A DNA stretch of 46,062 nt, taken from Octopus bimaculoides (lineage: Eukaryota). Where the stretch lies: positions 20,467,881 through 20,513,942 of the forward strand of contig NC_068986.1 in assembly GCF_001194135.2 (NCBI RefSeq), read 5' to 3'. A program made the translations under genes and the position numbers. Of this stretch, positions 10,880 to 23,159 are shown one piece after another. The notes beneath the pieces were generated by a model. It was given only the letters and a program-made list of their open reading frames with translations. It ran no database searches and was not told where the DNA came from. Each line of letters opens with the position of its first letter. Position 1 is the first letter of the stretch.

Positions 10880-11222
10880 TCATCATCATCATCGTTTAAC
10901 GTCCCCTTTCCATGCTAGCATGGGTTGGACGATTTGACTGAGGACTGGTGGACCAGGAGGCGACACCAGGCTCCAATCTGATTTGGCAGAGTTTCTACAG
11001 CTGGATGCCCTTCCTAACACCAACCACTCCGAGAGTGTAGTGGGCGTTTTACGTGCCACTGGCACAAGGGCCAGTCAGGCGGAACTGGTGACGGCCACGC
11101 TCAAAATGGTGTTCTTTACGTGCCACCTGCACAGGAGCCAGCCCATCGGCACTGGCAACGATCTTGCTCGAATGTCTTTTCACGTGCCACTGGCACAAGT
11201 GCCAGGGAGGCGACGTTGGTAA
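10880..11222 (-). mobile_element. RTE LINE 3' end with ~3 tandem units, inserted in (TA)n
   Basis: (ta)n(cat)n cgtttaacgtccc...ccatgctagcatgggttggacg, then the array. Confidence 0.8.
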
Positions 11223-11232
11223 CTATCAACGG

Positions 11233-11235
<3 letters not shown>

Positions 11236-11306
<71 letters not shown>
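11236..11306. repeat. (GA)n microsatellite
   Basis: Long perfect AG run just downstream of the exon 6 donor. Confidence 0.95.
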
Positions 11307-11312
<6 letters not shown>

Positions 11313-11360
11313 TGCAAAGACAGGTAGTTAGGCACAAGGATGAGAATACCAATGTTTTAC

Positions 11361-11550
11361 CATGTAGAATATGGACAGGGTGCTTGGAATCCTCTGAATC
11401 ATGTGGGCTGAGGTTTGTTTCTCTTTCACTGATATTCTCACTGGATTTCTCATGCCAGCCCGGATCAGCTTCTCTACTTCGTCTGTCTGAGTCGCAGAGA
11501 AAAGACCTGTCCGACGCTGCTTTGGTAAATAGCTTAAGATTGTATTCACA
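11361..11550 (-). CDS. DDX55: DDX55 coding exon 6 ([63 protein letters not shown])
   Basis: Acceptor ctacttgcag|T, donor ATG|gtaaaa, 190 nt, phase 2-0. Motif III SAT. Lies within ORF 11328..11549. Confidence 0.96.
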
Positions 11551-11863
11551 CTGCAAGTAGATAAAAATTAAAACAATCTAGAAGGATCCCTAAGTGAAAC
11601 AAAACAGATACAAACAGTGGCTACATAACAATGTGGTTATCAGAATGACAAGTGGGGCAGACATCAAACTTTTTCAGTCACAAGACTTCGGTTTGACCTG
11701 AGACAATTTTAGAAAAAGACACTTGTCCATGTCACGTCGTATGACTGAACCTGAAACCATGTGATTCGGAAGCAAACTTTTCAATCACACACCAATGTGT
11801 GCACATACCAAACTCCCAAGCCTGCACCACACACACACATACACACACACACCGCCGCTACTG

Positions 11864-11896
<33 letters not shown>

Positions 11897-12426
11897 CCAT
11901 GGTAGAATTTTAGAATACAACATCTGTATTGTTTTTGCATTTCATAAAATGGCTTTTTTGTTCACTGAAGAATCACAAACAAGCTTTGTCTTCTGAGAGT
12001 TAATATAAACAGAAAAAATTGATAAGTTGTTCTCTTGACATATAAATATCAATTTGAAGAATGAAAACATTGTTTTCTCTATACACCACCAGGAGCAACA
12101 ACCGCTAAATAGAGATGTAAGCAATGATATTAATGGTTCATATCCTATTATGAAATGCAAAAATATAGCAAGTGAGGAAGGGATGGGTATTGCCCAAGAT
12201 TTGATCAAATGAAAAGTTTCCTGTGATTTATTGATGCCTGTTGATGAAGGTAGGGACACAGAAAGTGTCTTTGCTCCCCTGGGGCACAGAAAACCCACAT
12301 TGTATTACTGATGTAAGGTGTTTATTGCAGGTGGCATATCTTTTGTAAAGGGTTATGAAGCATTTTGGCTTCACCCATTTGGTTTTACTAATTCAATGCA
12401 GACTTATTTGACATCAGACATTTTAA

Positions 12427-12499
<73 letters not shown>

Positions 12500-13788
12500 N
12501 NNNNNNNNNNNNNNNNNNNNNNNNNNNNNNNNNNNNNNNNNNNTATATATATTTACATATGTGAGCAATTTCTTCTCAGTGTATGAAGAGAGAGGGAAGT
12601 GTTTATGCCAGTTGTGTTCAATTAATAAACTGTGAAGCACCCAGTACACTCTGTGAAGTGATTGGTGTCAGGAAGGGCATCCAACCATAGAAGCCATGTC
12701 AAAACAGACAATTGGAGCCTGGTGCAGCTCCTGTCAAACCGTCTAATCCATGCCAGCATGGAAAACAGGCATTAAATGATGACTCTCCCCCTCTTACTCA
12801 CTCTATCTGTAAGAGCATATTCCTGTGCATGTGCTTGTCTCCAGTGTCGAAAATGTACTATGTCAAATCACCAGTGTCCAAACAACCACACCCAATCATT
12901 TCATTCCAATTTTAAAGTCACTTAACATTTTAACCCATTCCAACTAATTCTATGTATGTAACACAGTGAAATAGGTCAATGCTTAAGCAGCAGCTGTGTG
13001 CTTTTTGTACAACAGATGAATGTTTCCTTAGTTAAGATTAGGTCTTCCTGTGGACATTGAGTCATGATAGAAGCACTAAAAACATGACCTTATTCCACAT
13101 AAAATTACTATCAGCCCAAAGTGGTTTTTAAAATGAAGAGGCAATTCTTTAGTGCACTTATTTGACCCAACACTATAATCAGTAACATCGACACAACATT
13201 ACACTTGATAACATCACCACAGCTCAATACCTGATATCATCATCATCATCATCATCCTTTAATGTCCGTTTTCCTTGCTGGCAGTTTAATAACATTAAAT
13301 TATAATACACAACACTATGTTATAGTGCACAGGTCCCCAACAGGTGTGCCGGGAAATATACATATGTATGTAGTATCATGACTGACCATTTAGAGTCAAA
13401 AATACATTTTGATATTTTAACAATAAATAATATTATCATCTTATATTTTGCATTGTTGTCTATTGCATTTTTGTATTATCATTTATTTTATGTTTATTAT
13501 ATCATCATCATCGTTTGACGTCTGCTTTCCATGCAAGCATGGGTTGAATGATTTGACTGAGGACTGGTGAACCAGATGGCTACACCAGGCTCCAGAAGGT
13601 ATTATATCCAATACTCTGATGGCACTGTCAGTTTGCTGCTTTAAGAATACAGATGGATGAAACTAAATACTATAAAAGCATTCATTTAGTCCAGCACAAT
13701 CCCGTGTCTGCAATTTCATCACTCTCTTCAATATCTAAAGAAATAACCTGCCTTATGCAGCCTTTTTTTTTTTTTTTCCGACACTTAC

Positions 13789-13844
13789 CTCGCTTCAAAT
13801 CCACTTTCTAATAACCGATCAGCTTCATCCATGACAAAGACTTC
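13789..13844 (-). CDS. DDX55: DDX55 coding exon 5 (EVFVMDEADRLLESGFEA)
   Basis: Acceptor actttcttcag|GAA, donor AG|gtaagt, 56 nt, phase 0-2. DEAD motif II. Confidence 0.95.
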
Positions 13845-14628
13845 CTGAAGAAAGTTTCAAGAGACACAAAAGAAAAATTACAATCAGTAAAACTTCATGT
13901 CAGTCCTTCTCTTCAACAACAATTACAGTCACAGCAATCACCAGAACCTTCTATGAGTAAATGAGGGAGCTTTTAAGTAGCCATTCAACTTGATCAGGGT
14001 AATTGCTCAATAATGCTTAACACCCTTCTTTCTACAAATTGATGGCCTCACTCACACATGCTGACATCCTTCTCTTACATAATACATAGAACAGCCATCA
14101 CACACACCCTTCCAGCGCATACATATCTGCTTTCAATGGTAACATGAATGGGACATTTTGACGAAATCCAACTGGTCAGAAGACCAGTTAGATCCTGTCT
14201 TACTCCAGTGACAAAGTTTTGACATGACTTCTATGTCTGGACACCTTTCCTAATGCCAACTATTTTAAAGTGTATGTGTATATGTGTGTGTATGTACACA
14301 CACACATAAATAGCACACACTCCAACCATACACGTACTACACTCACAGGTAATGAGCCAAAGGAGAGCCTTTACATGGCCACCTGACCTGCTAAAAATAA
14401 CAGTTTAATCTACCTCAAATCCTTCTTTGTCTCAGAAAAGGAAAAATTGGTAATTATGGACTTGGTGCCCCATATCTAAGAATAAATGATATAATCAAAG
14501 TTAAAATGCCTTTAATCAAAGGTCTGGTGAGTCAGGGCTCTAAACAACACAAATGCTTATCATACACTAAAAAAAAAAAAAAAACTCATTAAATTTAAAA
14601 ACAAAACAAAGTCATTTAGTAAACTCAC

Positions 14629-14722
14629 CAATGACTTGACAAAAGATGCAAAGTTCAAAACTTTTGCTTGCCGATCCAGTATATCTTCCAAGCGACCAGG
14701 GGTTGCAACTATAATATGACCT
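14629..14722 (-). CDS. DDX55: DDX55 coding exon 4 (GHIIVATPGRLEDILDRQAKVLNFASFVKSL)
   Basis: Acceptor attatttgcag|A, donor TTG|gtgagt, 94 nt, phase 2-0. Motif Ib. Confidence 0.95.
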
Positions 14723-15299
14723 CTGCAAATAATATTTTAAAACCAATCATATTTTAACCTGTTTTCTATACAATGTGATGTTTATTTCACTTGATTATAA
14801 TCTTCCATGTTTCATTCACTTCACTNNNNNNNNNNNNNNNNNNNNNNNNNNNNNNNNNNNNNNNNNNNNNNNNNNNNNNNNNNNNNNNNNNNNNNNNNNN
14901 NNNNNNNNNNNNNNNNNNNNNNNNNNNNNNNNNNNNNNNNNNNNNNNNNNNNNNNNNNNNNNNNNNNNNNNNNNNNNNNNNNNNNNNNNNNNNNNNNNNN
15001 NNNNNNNNNNNNNNNNNNNNNNNNNNNNNNNNNNNNNNNNNNNNNNNNNNNNNNNNNNNNNNNNNNNNNNNNNNNNNNNNNNNNNNNNNNNNNNNNNNNN
15101 NNNNNNNNNNNNNNNNNNNNNNNNNNNNNNNNNNNNNNNNNNNNNNNNNNNNNNNNNNNNNNNNNNNNNNNNNNNNNNNNNNNNNNNNNNNNNNNNNNNN
15201 NNNNNNNNNNNNNNNNNNNNNNNNNNNNNNNNNNNNATGGCTGCAAAAGTATGTTCACTACTTAAAAGTGAAATCGCAATCAAAATCAAATTCGCTGAC

Positions 15300-15792
15300 G
15301 TGGCCAATGACAGCACCACCTGACTGGCACCCATACCAGTGGAACGTTAAAAGCACCATCCGAGTGTGATCGTTGCCAGGGCCACTGACTGGCTCCCGTG
15401 CCAGTGGCACATAAAAAGCACCATTCGAGTATGATCGTTACCAGCGTTGCCTTACTGGCACTTGTGCCGGTGGCACGTGAAAAACAACATTTGAGTGAGG
15501 TCATTGCCAGTGCTGCTGAACTGGCTCCTGTGCAGGTGGCACATAAAAAACACCATTTGAGCGTGGCCGTCACCAGTACTGCCTGACTGGCCCTCATGCT
15601 GGTGGCACGTAAAAGCACCCACTACATTCTCAGAGTGGTTGGTGTTAGGAAGGGCATCCAGCTGTAGAAACTCTGCCAGATCAGATTGGAGCCTGGTGCA
15701 GCCATCTGGCTCGCCAGTCCTCAGTCAAACCGTCCAACCCATGCCAGCATGGAAAGCAGACGCTAAACGATGCTGCTGATGATGATGATGTT
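15300..15792 (+). mobile_element. RTE LINE 3' end with 4-5 tandem units and (GAT)n tail
   Basis: Repeated aaaagcaccattcgag..tg.tcg..gccag..ctgactggc..gtgc..gtggcac units followed by the shared tail. Confidence 0.82.
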
Positions 15793-16712
15793 AGTTTGCC
15801 CAACAGCTTATTGGATTTCTGGGACACCACTGATGTTTTTCCTGTCACACAGTTTAGCTTGGCAAAGCCTATCTATTTTCATACTATATTACCCTGGACG
15901 TGTTGAATTCAATACTGCAACTAATGAAACATTCATCAATTATTTAGTGCTCTTAACAACACTTAACAGTAACATTTTTTTGGCAACCTCTTTACAACAG
16001 GGTTAATACTAACTAATGTAGTTACATTTGTATCACAAAGTAGTGTTTGGGAAACTGAATTTACATCAATGCAATCACATTCCAGTATGCAAAAATAGAT
16101 ATCATTAATGAGAATAATACATTAATACTGTTCATACAACCATTTTATAAATATTTCTTCAACAAAAATTAATTAATTGACTCTACAGCAAGAAACCTGT
16201 CCTGCTCTGACTCCCTTCTAACAACTACTCATTGCCTGGAAAATAGTAGCCCCTCACAGGGTTTGTAGTCTTGAAAGCTGCATGGTGACCTCACTACTGC
16301 TGGTAGCATGAAGGAAAATATAAAGTGGTTAATGTTAGAAAGGATACCCAGCCACAGAAACCATGCCCTTGGACTTGTCAGATCCTGTTAAGACCATCCC
16401 TTGGACTTGTCAGATTCTGTTAAAAGCATCCAACCCATGCCAACATGGAAATACGGAGGCTAAATGATGATGAAGATGAATCCATAGATTGAGTTGTGTG
16501 CAATTACACTTCACACCCATGTGATATGCTTTCCTTGTGGCACCTGTTTACAGTTTCAATAGACTGGACCACTGTGCATTAAGTATTTTTGCTAAAGAGG
16601 GTTTGATGATGATGATGGGAAGAAACATTGAATTGTTTACCCACAGGGCAAAAGATTTGGTCATTTGTTGATAGTGACCACTAAAATGAAAATAAATGAA
16701 AATTTTTCTTAC

Positions 16713-16867
16713 CCATGTTCCTGAAATTTTTCGATATCCAATTGAACACTGGTACCTCCAATCATACAACAGGAGGTAAACTGAGGTAAATGTTTGAGGA
16801 ATACTAATAGGACCTCCTCAATTTGGATGGCCAGTTCTCTGGTAGGGGTCAAAATTATTGCAGCAAT
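16713..16867 (-). CDS. DDX55: DDX55 coding exon 3 (IAAIILTPTRELAIQIEEVLLVFLKHLPQFTSCCMIGGTSVQLDIEKFQEHG)
   Basis: Acceptor ctttgcaatccag|ATT, donor GG|gtaaga, 155 nt, phase 0-2. Motif Ia and the GG doublet. Confidence 0.95.
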
Positions 16868-17285
16868 CTGGATTGCAAAGAAGAGAAAAAAAGCATCACA
16901 AGAGATATGATTTTATATACACATGTGGTGCAGGAATGTGTGGTTAAGATGTTTGCTTTCCAATCACATGGTTTTGGGTTGAGTTCCACTACACAGCACC
17001 TTAGGTAAGTGTCTTCTAGTATAGCCCTGAGTCAACAAAACACTTGTGAATGGATTCAGTAGACAGAAAGAAGCCTGTCATAATACATGGGTATGTGTGC
17101 TTCTCCTTGTCTCAGTATCACACAATAATTGTAAACGAGAGTCATGGTCATACAAGCAGTGTCATTTGTTTCCTTTTTTCCTAGAAAACACCTTGCTTGG
17201 AAACAGGTAACGGTTAGTGAGGGGAATAGCATTCAGCCATAGAAAATCTGCCTCAACAAATTCTATTCAACCAATGCAAACATGT

Positions 17286-17595
17286 GGAAGCACATAGCGT
17301 AGTGGTTAGAGCAGTGGACTTGCGGTCAAGGGATCACAGGTTCGAATCTCAGACCGGGCGATGTGTGTGTTTATGAGCGAAACACCTAAGCTCCACGTGG
17401 CTCCGGCAGAAGGTAATGGCGAACTTCTGCTGACTCTTTCACCACGACTTTCTCTCACTCTTTCCTCCTGCATCTAGCAGCTCACCTGCGATGGACTGGC
17501 GTCCAGTCCAGGTGGGGAACCTACACACCAATAAAACCAGGAAACTGGCCCTTATGAGCCAGACAGGGCTTGAGAAGGAACAAACAACAACAATG
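17286..17595 (+). mobile_element. tRNA-derived SINE: family C head with an alternative tail
   Basis: A box tagcgtagtggttag and B box ggttcgaatc. Body matches 27360-27470; tail is gcgatggactggcgtccagtccagg...(aac)n. Confidence 0.75.
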
Positions 17596-18004
17596 CAAAC
17601 ATGGAAAATTGATGTTATGATGTTGATGACGAAGATCCTTGTAATACTGTGAATTTGTGATCTGTTTTTGTAAGAGGTTGTCAATCTGTTTCCATGATGC
17701 TGTACGCTTCAACCAGATAGACTAATGCATCAGTCTATCTCAGGTAATCTACTGAAGAATACCATTGTCGTTGCTTTAACATCCACTTATCCACGTCTGC
17801 ATGAGTTGCACAGAATTCACTGAAACAGATTTTCTACAGTCGGTTACCCTTTTGTTACCAACCCTAACCTGTATCCATGTAAGGTAATATTTCTCCATGG
17901 CCAGACAAGTTTTCACAGACTATAAGAGATGAGTGACATTCCTTCACAATAATCATATGATGCCACAACAGGAAGACACACACACACACACACATTCATA
18001 CATA

Positions 18005-18510
18005 CATATGCATACAATAGATTTCTTTCAGTTTCCGTCTACCATTTACAAGGTTTGGGTCAGACTCAAGTTCTAGTGGAAGACACTTCCCCAAGGTGCC
18101 ACACAGTGAGACTGAACCTAGAACTATATGGTTGGGAAGCAAGCTTCTTAACTACACATCTATCCTTTACTTGTTCCAGACATTTGACTGCAGCCATGCT
18201 GGGGCACTACCCTGAAGAATTTAGGATCAAATAAATCAATCCTTATACTTCTTTTTTTCTTTTAAGCCTGGTATTTATTTTATCAGTTTCTTTTACTGAA
18301 CTGCTAAGTTACAGGGATGTAAACACACCAACACCAGCTGTCAAGTGGTGGTGGTGGTGGGAAACAAATACACAAATCTTTCAGTTTCCGTCTACCAAAT
18401 CCACTCACAAGACATTGGTTGAGCAGAAGGTGTAGAAGATACTTGCCTAAGGTGCCACACAGTGTGTCTGAACCCAAAACCATGTGGTTGGAAACCAAAC
18501 TACTTAATCT
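18005..18510 (-). mobile_element. Cluster of degraded SINE family A pieces
   Basis: Two heads (tttcagtttccgtctacc...gtggttgg) flank a tail (cttgttccagacatttgactgcagccatgctgggg). Confidence 0.7.
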
Positions 18511-18604
18511 CACATCTGTCTACAAAACGATAAAATGAATTTAGATTCACAGACTTCAGGCAGTAGGAAAGACAAAATGAACCATAAAAGTTAACTGAGG
18601 TTAC

Positions 18605-18742
18605 CTCATGTTTCTTCCAGGGTTGTTCATGTTTCTGTAGTCGTTCAATGATGGGTATAACAAATGCCAGAGTTTTGCCACTCCCTGTCACTGCCTCAGT
18701 TGCTACATCTTTGTTTTGGAGAAATAATGGAATACATGCAGA
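18605..18742 (-). CDS. DDX55: DDX55 coding exon 2 ([46 protein letters not shown])
   Basis: Acceptor ttctcttttag|TCT, donor GAG|gtaacc, 138 nt, phase 0-0. Walker A GSGKT. Confidence 0.96.
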
Positions 18743-19080
18743 CTAAAAGAGAAAAACACAAGAACCATCAATTATTTATATGTGTTGTCATGTGTGAATC
18801 TGTGTATACATGCATGCGTATAAATGTATGTATGTATGTAAATATATGTGTTGTAAAGTGGGTTCCTCCCACTGGTGTGATATGTGACTGCCATTGTACT
18901 GTAGTTGCTGCTTTATACTAGTAGCCACAATAGTTACTAGTCAACAGATACCATTGTATCTCTTCATACAGGAATATGCGTATAAATTATGATTAAACCG
19001 GATGAAATATGTCACAGGGAATAACATTTTTATGACCAGCCAGCGGTAACTGTATTCAGCTGAATAGACGTCAGTGATTG

Positions 19081-19350
19081 GTTGAAATTACAGAAATACA
19101 ACAACTTTAACATGAAATAACTTGCGATGTACAAAATTTTGTTAAGAAGGTTAAGAGAAGAAGTAATACACTAATGTCGGATCTTTGGGGTTTGACGGGC
19201 AACATTTGTTTTCTTAACGAAACACTTTCAAACTTGGGACACTGATAGAATGTGTCATATAAAACAACTTCTTCTCTTAACCTTCTTAACAAAATTTTGT
19301 ACATTGCAAGTTATTTCATGTTAAAGTTGTTGTATTTCTGTAATTTCAAC
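19081..19350. mobile_element. MITE-like long inverted repeat (right end in the gap)
   Basis: 19081-19164 and 19267-19350 are reverse complements (84 nt, one mismatch by eye) around a ~100-nt spacer. Confidence 0.75.
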
Positions 19351-21199
19351 NNNNNNNNNNNNNNNNNNNNNNNNNNNNNNNNNNNNNNNNNNNNNNNNNN
19401 NNNNNNNNNNNNNNNNNNNNNNNNNNNNNNNNNNNNNNNNNNNNNNNNNNNNNNNNNNNNNNNNNNNNNNNNNNNNNNNNNNNNNNNNNNNNNNNNNNNN
19501 NNNNNNNNNNNNNNNNNNNNNNNNNNNNNNNNNNNNNNNNNNNNNNNNNNNNNNNNNNNNNNNNNNNNNNNNNNNNNNNNNNNNNNNNNNNNNNNNNNNN
19601 NNNNNNNNNNNNNNNNNNNNNNNNNNNNNNNNNNNNNNNNNNNNNNNNNNNNNNNNNNNNNNNNNNNNNNNNNNNNNNNNNNNNNNNNNNNNNNNNNNNN
19701 NNNNNNNNNNNNNNNNNNNNNNNNNNNNNNNNNNNNNNNNNNNNNNNNNNNNNNNNNNNNNNNNNNNNNNNNNNNNNNNNNNNNNNNNNNNNNNNNNNNN
19801 NNNNNNNNNNNNNNNNNNNNNNNNNNNNNNNNNNNNNNNNNNNNNNNNNNNNNNNNNNNNNNNNNNNNNNNNNNNNNNNNNNNNNNNNNNNNNNNNNNNN
19901 NNNNNNNNNNNNNNNNNNNNNNNNNNNNNNNNACGATGGGCTTCTTTCAGTTTCCGTCTACCAAATCCACTCACAAGGCTTTGGTCGGCCTGAGGCTATA
20001 ATAGAAGACACGTGTCCAAGGTGCCATGCAGTGGGACTGAACCCAGAACCATGTGGTTCGTAAGCAAGCTCATTTTGCAGCAAAAAAAAAAAAGAAAAAA
20101 TTATGGTTTATTATTGTTTGTATTTTGAATTATGTATATGGGGGAGGGGGGGCACCAAAATCTTTTAAATGGTTAGGGCCACTATGGGTCTTAATTTGAC
20201 CCTAGATATAGGTGATGCAGTGAACGGAAAACAGGGGATGAGGACATGGTCAATGGAGAAAACGAAGGAAGGCATCTCTTAGTAATTTATTCTCCGAAAT
20301 ATGCATATTTTCTAGACTAATTATTGTACAACATTGTACATTCCTGGTAGTTTTATTACTACTTCGGCAAAGTATGGTAAAGTCTACACTTTGCTGAGGC
20401 CAAAATATAATCATAGTTGTTTCCCAATACTTGAATCAATAATTAAAATAATTTTAGACTTTTGTGTAATTTTGTCTTTTTCTTGCCACGTAATCATTTC
20501 TAATAAGCTTTTCAATACTTACTACATTAAATACATGTTCGCTAACTTTAACCTATTATTACGTTTATGCCTGGCGATATTTCAACATTTCAACACGAGT
20601 TACTCCTCTTTACTTCTTATAAACTGGAGGTGTGTGATTGCTGTTTTATGTCCACTTCAGCCATGATCAACCAAAACTATAATCGAAAACGTTCGAGCTA
20701 TGACTCTCCTATTTTTTTTTTGATGTAGTGCACTTAGGACTACATTATGCAATGTGTACTTCCTTGTTTGTAAGATGGCAGCGTGAAGTGATTTTTATTT
20801 TTAGCAGATTGAGAGACCACGGGCAGGCAACCTCGTTGGTGTGTGTTTTATACAGGTGATAGTTAATCAACATATAAACACACATAACCGAGTAATAATG
20901 TAGTGGAAGTAAAAAGAAACTACCCGAGCAGGAAATGTCAAAATTATCATGGCATTATAACTAAGTAAAGGCAGGCAAGTTATTTACGCCCTCAGGTCAG
21001 CCCTTACGATAATCCAAAGCCTTAAAGTCTTTTTTTGTTTTTAAAAGATGGTAGGATGTGATATGAGAGAAATTTGGTTGATATTCCTACTATATCGAAA
21101 GACCATGTAGAGATTCCTTCATTGGTTCGTTAGGATCGCACGATGCCTACGAACGAAAATCACCTGAATGCATAATACTAATAATTCCCCTACAGGTAC

Positions 21200-21400
21200 A
21201 AGACTGGAAATTGAGAGTTGGAGACGAGGGGTAAGTCGATTACATCGACCCCAATGCTTGACTGGTACTTATTTTATCGACCCCCGAAGGGATGAAAGGC
21301 AAAATCGACCTCGGCAACATTTGAACTCAAAACGTAGAATCATAAGAAGTACCGCTGAACATTTTCTCTGGCATGCGAACGATTCTGCCAGCTCGCTCCC
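21200..21400 (-). mobile_element. SINE family D
   Basis: ggtacttattttatcgacccccgaagggatgaaaggcaaaatcgacctcggc...ttctgccagctcgc. Confidence 0.8.
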
Positions 21401-22324
21401 TTCTTTGATATTAATAATCATCAAGGACAAAAATATAATAAAACACATTTCGATGTGTATACATATGATACGTTCGTTCGTGTAAACTCGGCAAAGGTAA
21501 AGAATACGCACACCCGGTGGTTAGGGTTATGCCGAAAACGGGTGGTAAACTCAATAGGTTGCCATTAGGGTGACTGGAGGCTGTTGAGACCCATGTAAGT
21601 CCTATAATCAAAGACGTTTCAGGCGTGACCATCCAGTCTTTCTTTTGGACACCGTATATTATGACTATATTATCCAATGTGCTCTTCATTATGAAGACAA
21701 TAGTGATTTACAAGAGATTTGATTATTAACTGTTCGAAACGATAACGTATAGGATTTTTCGAAGACGAAGATAAATAAGGCCTAAATTGCTCCATGTTTT
21801 CTTAATTTTTTCCCCTTTCATCTTCCCTCGTCAATATTTCATGTATCTATACCATCATCCAGAGTTTCCCCCTCCCAGTTTAATAACATTAGCTGGCCCT
21901 TGGATGCCTTTAGACTAGGTCTCCAGTTTGAGGGTACCTTCCTCCCTCCTTCCACTCCCGGAACCATCGCTGCTCTTCCCTCCTGGCTAAAAATGTTTTG
22001 AAAATCCAGTTCATTTTATCTTGTTTTCGTTGTTTACCATTGTTTGTTTATTTTAATTTTGAAAATATGTCTGCTGCATTCAGTGATTTATGTTTGTTCG
22101 TATGGGTTCTATTAGTCGAACTCTCCTCATTAAAATTGGGATATTTAACGAGAAGAACCCAAAATTTATATTCAAAAGAAAACAAGATATTATGAATCAA
22201 CAACAGACGGGAACGAAAACACGTGTTTGACTGACAGTGTTCCTGGTCAAATGGACTAAAATAATAATAACAGAACATGCTAATGACACATTTCAAAGAA
22301 ATTGTTCTTTATATATTAATTTAC

Positions 22325-22414
22325 CTGCACTGGCGTCATTTTAACAAATTTTAAGTCCTTAAGAGCGGCGCAAGAAGCCTCTGAAAGGGACAATTTATCC
22401 CACGTGTCGTCCAT
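22325..22414 (-). CDS. DDX55: DDX55 coding exon 1 (MDDTWDKLSLSEASCAALKDLKFVKMTPVQ)
   Basis: ATG at 22414, 90 nt, donor CAG|gtaaat. Carries the Q motif. Not in the ORF track. Confidence 0.93.
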
Positions 22415-22600
22415 GTTGCGATAGAGAAATTTTATCTTCGTTTTAGAGAGTTCTATTCCCGTCCTTCATCAAGATTCGGGAATATTGTAGATGAATTAAG
22501 TTGACAGTTTGCTGCAATTTTAACAGATAACCGTCGATTGTTTGAATTTCTGGTTAGAGCAGCATCCTTTATCCTTCGGATAGCAGTAATATGACGAGTT
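22415..22600 (-). promoter_or_regulatory. Probable DDX55 5'UTR / promoter-proximal region
   Basis: Repeat-free and relatively CpG-retaining sequence directly upstream of the ATG, with no good acceptor nearby. No specific core-promoter motif identified. Confidence 0.35.
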
Positions 22601-23159
22601 CTTTTTCCTTTTCAACCCTAGGGCCAGACCTGCTCCCCCCCCCTATATATATGTAATTCAAGATATAAACAATAATAAACCATAAAATAAAATTTTCTTT
22701 TTCAAAAGAAGACAACACTAATATTCAGATGAAAAATAATGTTTATTCCTATGTATTTTCACGTTATTCATATTTGCAAAGTTTTCTCCTACTTTTTTTT
22801 AATTGCAAAGTCTTTAGTCAGATCCTCACTATGATGCTATGAACACTTTAAAATTATATTTCCAATCATATAAACCACTTAGAATACTGTTTTAGCAAGT
22901 TTAAAGTGATTTCTTTTGTGCTGTAAACCATTTACCATTTCTGTGGTGCCCCCATTCCTTCCCTTCGTGCTCTAAGCATGTGCTTATTTTGATTAATGGC
23001 TAATCCAGCGCTGCCTTCCTTCATGTCTGTAAGACTTTTTTAAAAAAAATGCACTTGGATGATATAGAGAAATTGGACAGTGTTCCCTCATAAGTTATTT
23101 TAGAAAGTGATGCAATAAGCTCCTCCTCCTCCACCACCTCTTCCTCCTCCTCCCCCCTC

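Larger units (their letters stand above)
499..22414 (-). other. DDX55: DDX55 gene span (13 coding exons in window; 3' end continues beyond the left edge)
   Basis: The spliced exons below join in frame into a DEAD-box helicase with motifs Q (F..MTPVQ), I (AVTGSGKT), Ia (PTRELAIQ), Ib (TPGRL), II (DEAD), III (SAT), V (TDVMARGVD) and VI (HRSGRTAR). DDX55/Spb4-specific strings ([52 protein letters not shown]) match my recollection of vertebrate DDX55. Confidence 0.96.

Noticed and set aside
11950-12420. Long near-open plus-strand frame in DDX55 intron 5 and ORF 11942..12298 (-)
   Set aside because: Multiple in-frame stops, no recognisable domain, and no splice signals supporting a gene or pseudogene.
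14680-14682. ATA (Ile) codon in LEDIL that A-to-I editing could turn into the Met of vertebrate LEDMF
   Set aside because: The position is variable among DEAD-box proteins, and nothing in the DNA supports editing.
21411-21689. 92-aa ORF in DDX55 intron 1
   Set aside because: No recognisable family; its 3' end runs into low-complexity sequence next to a SINE.
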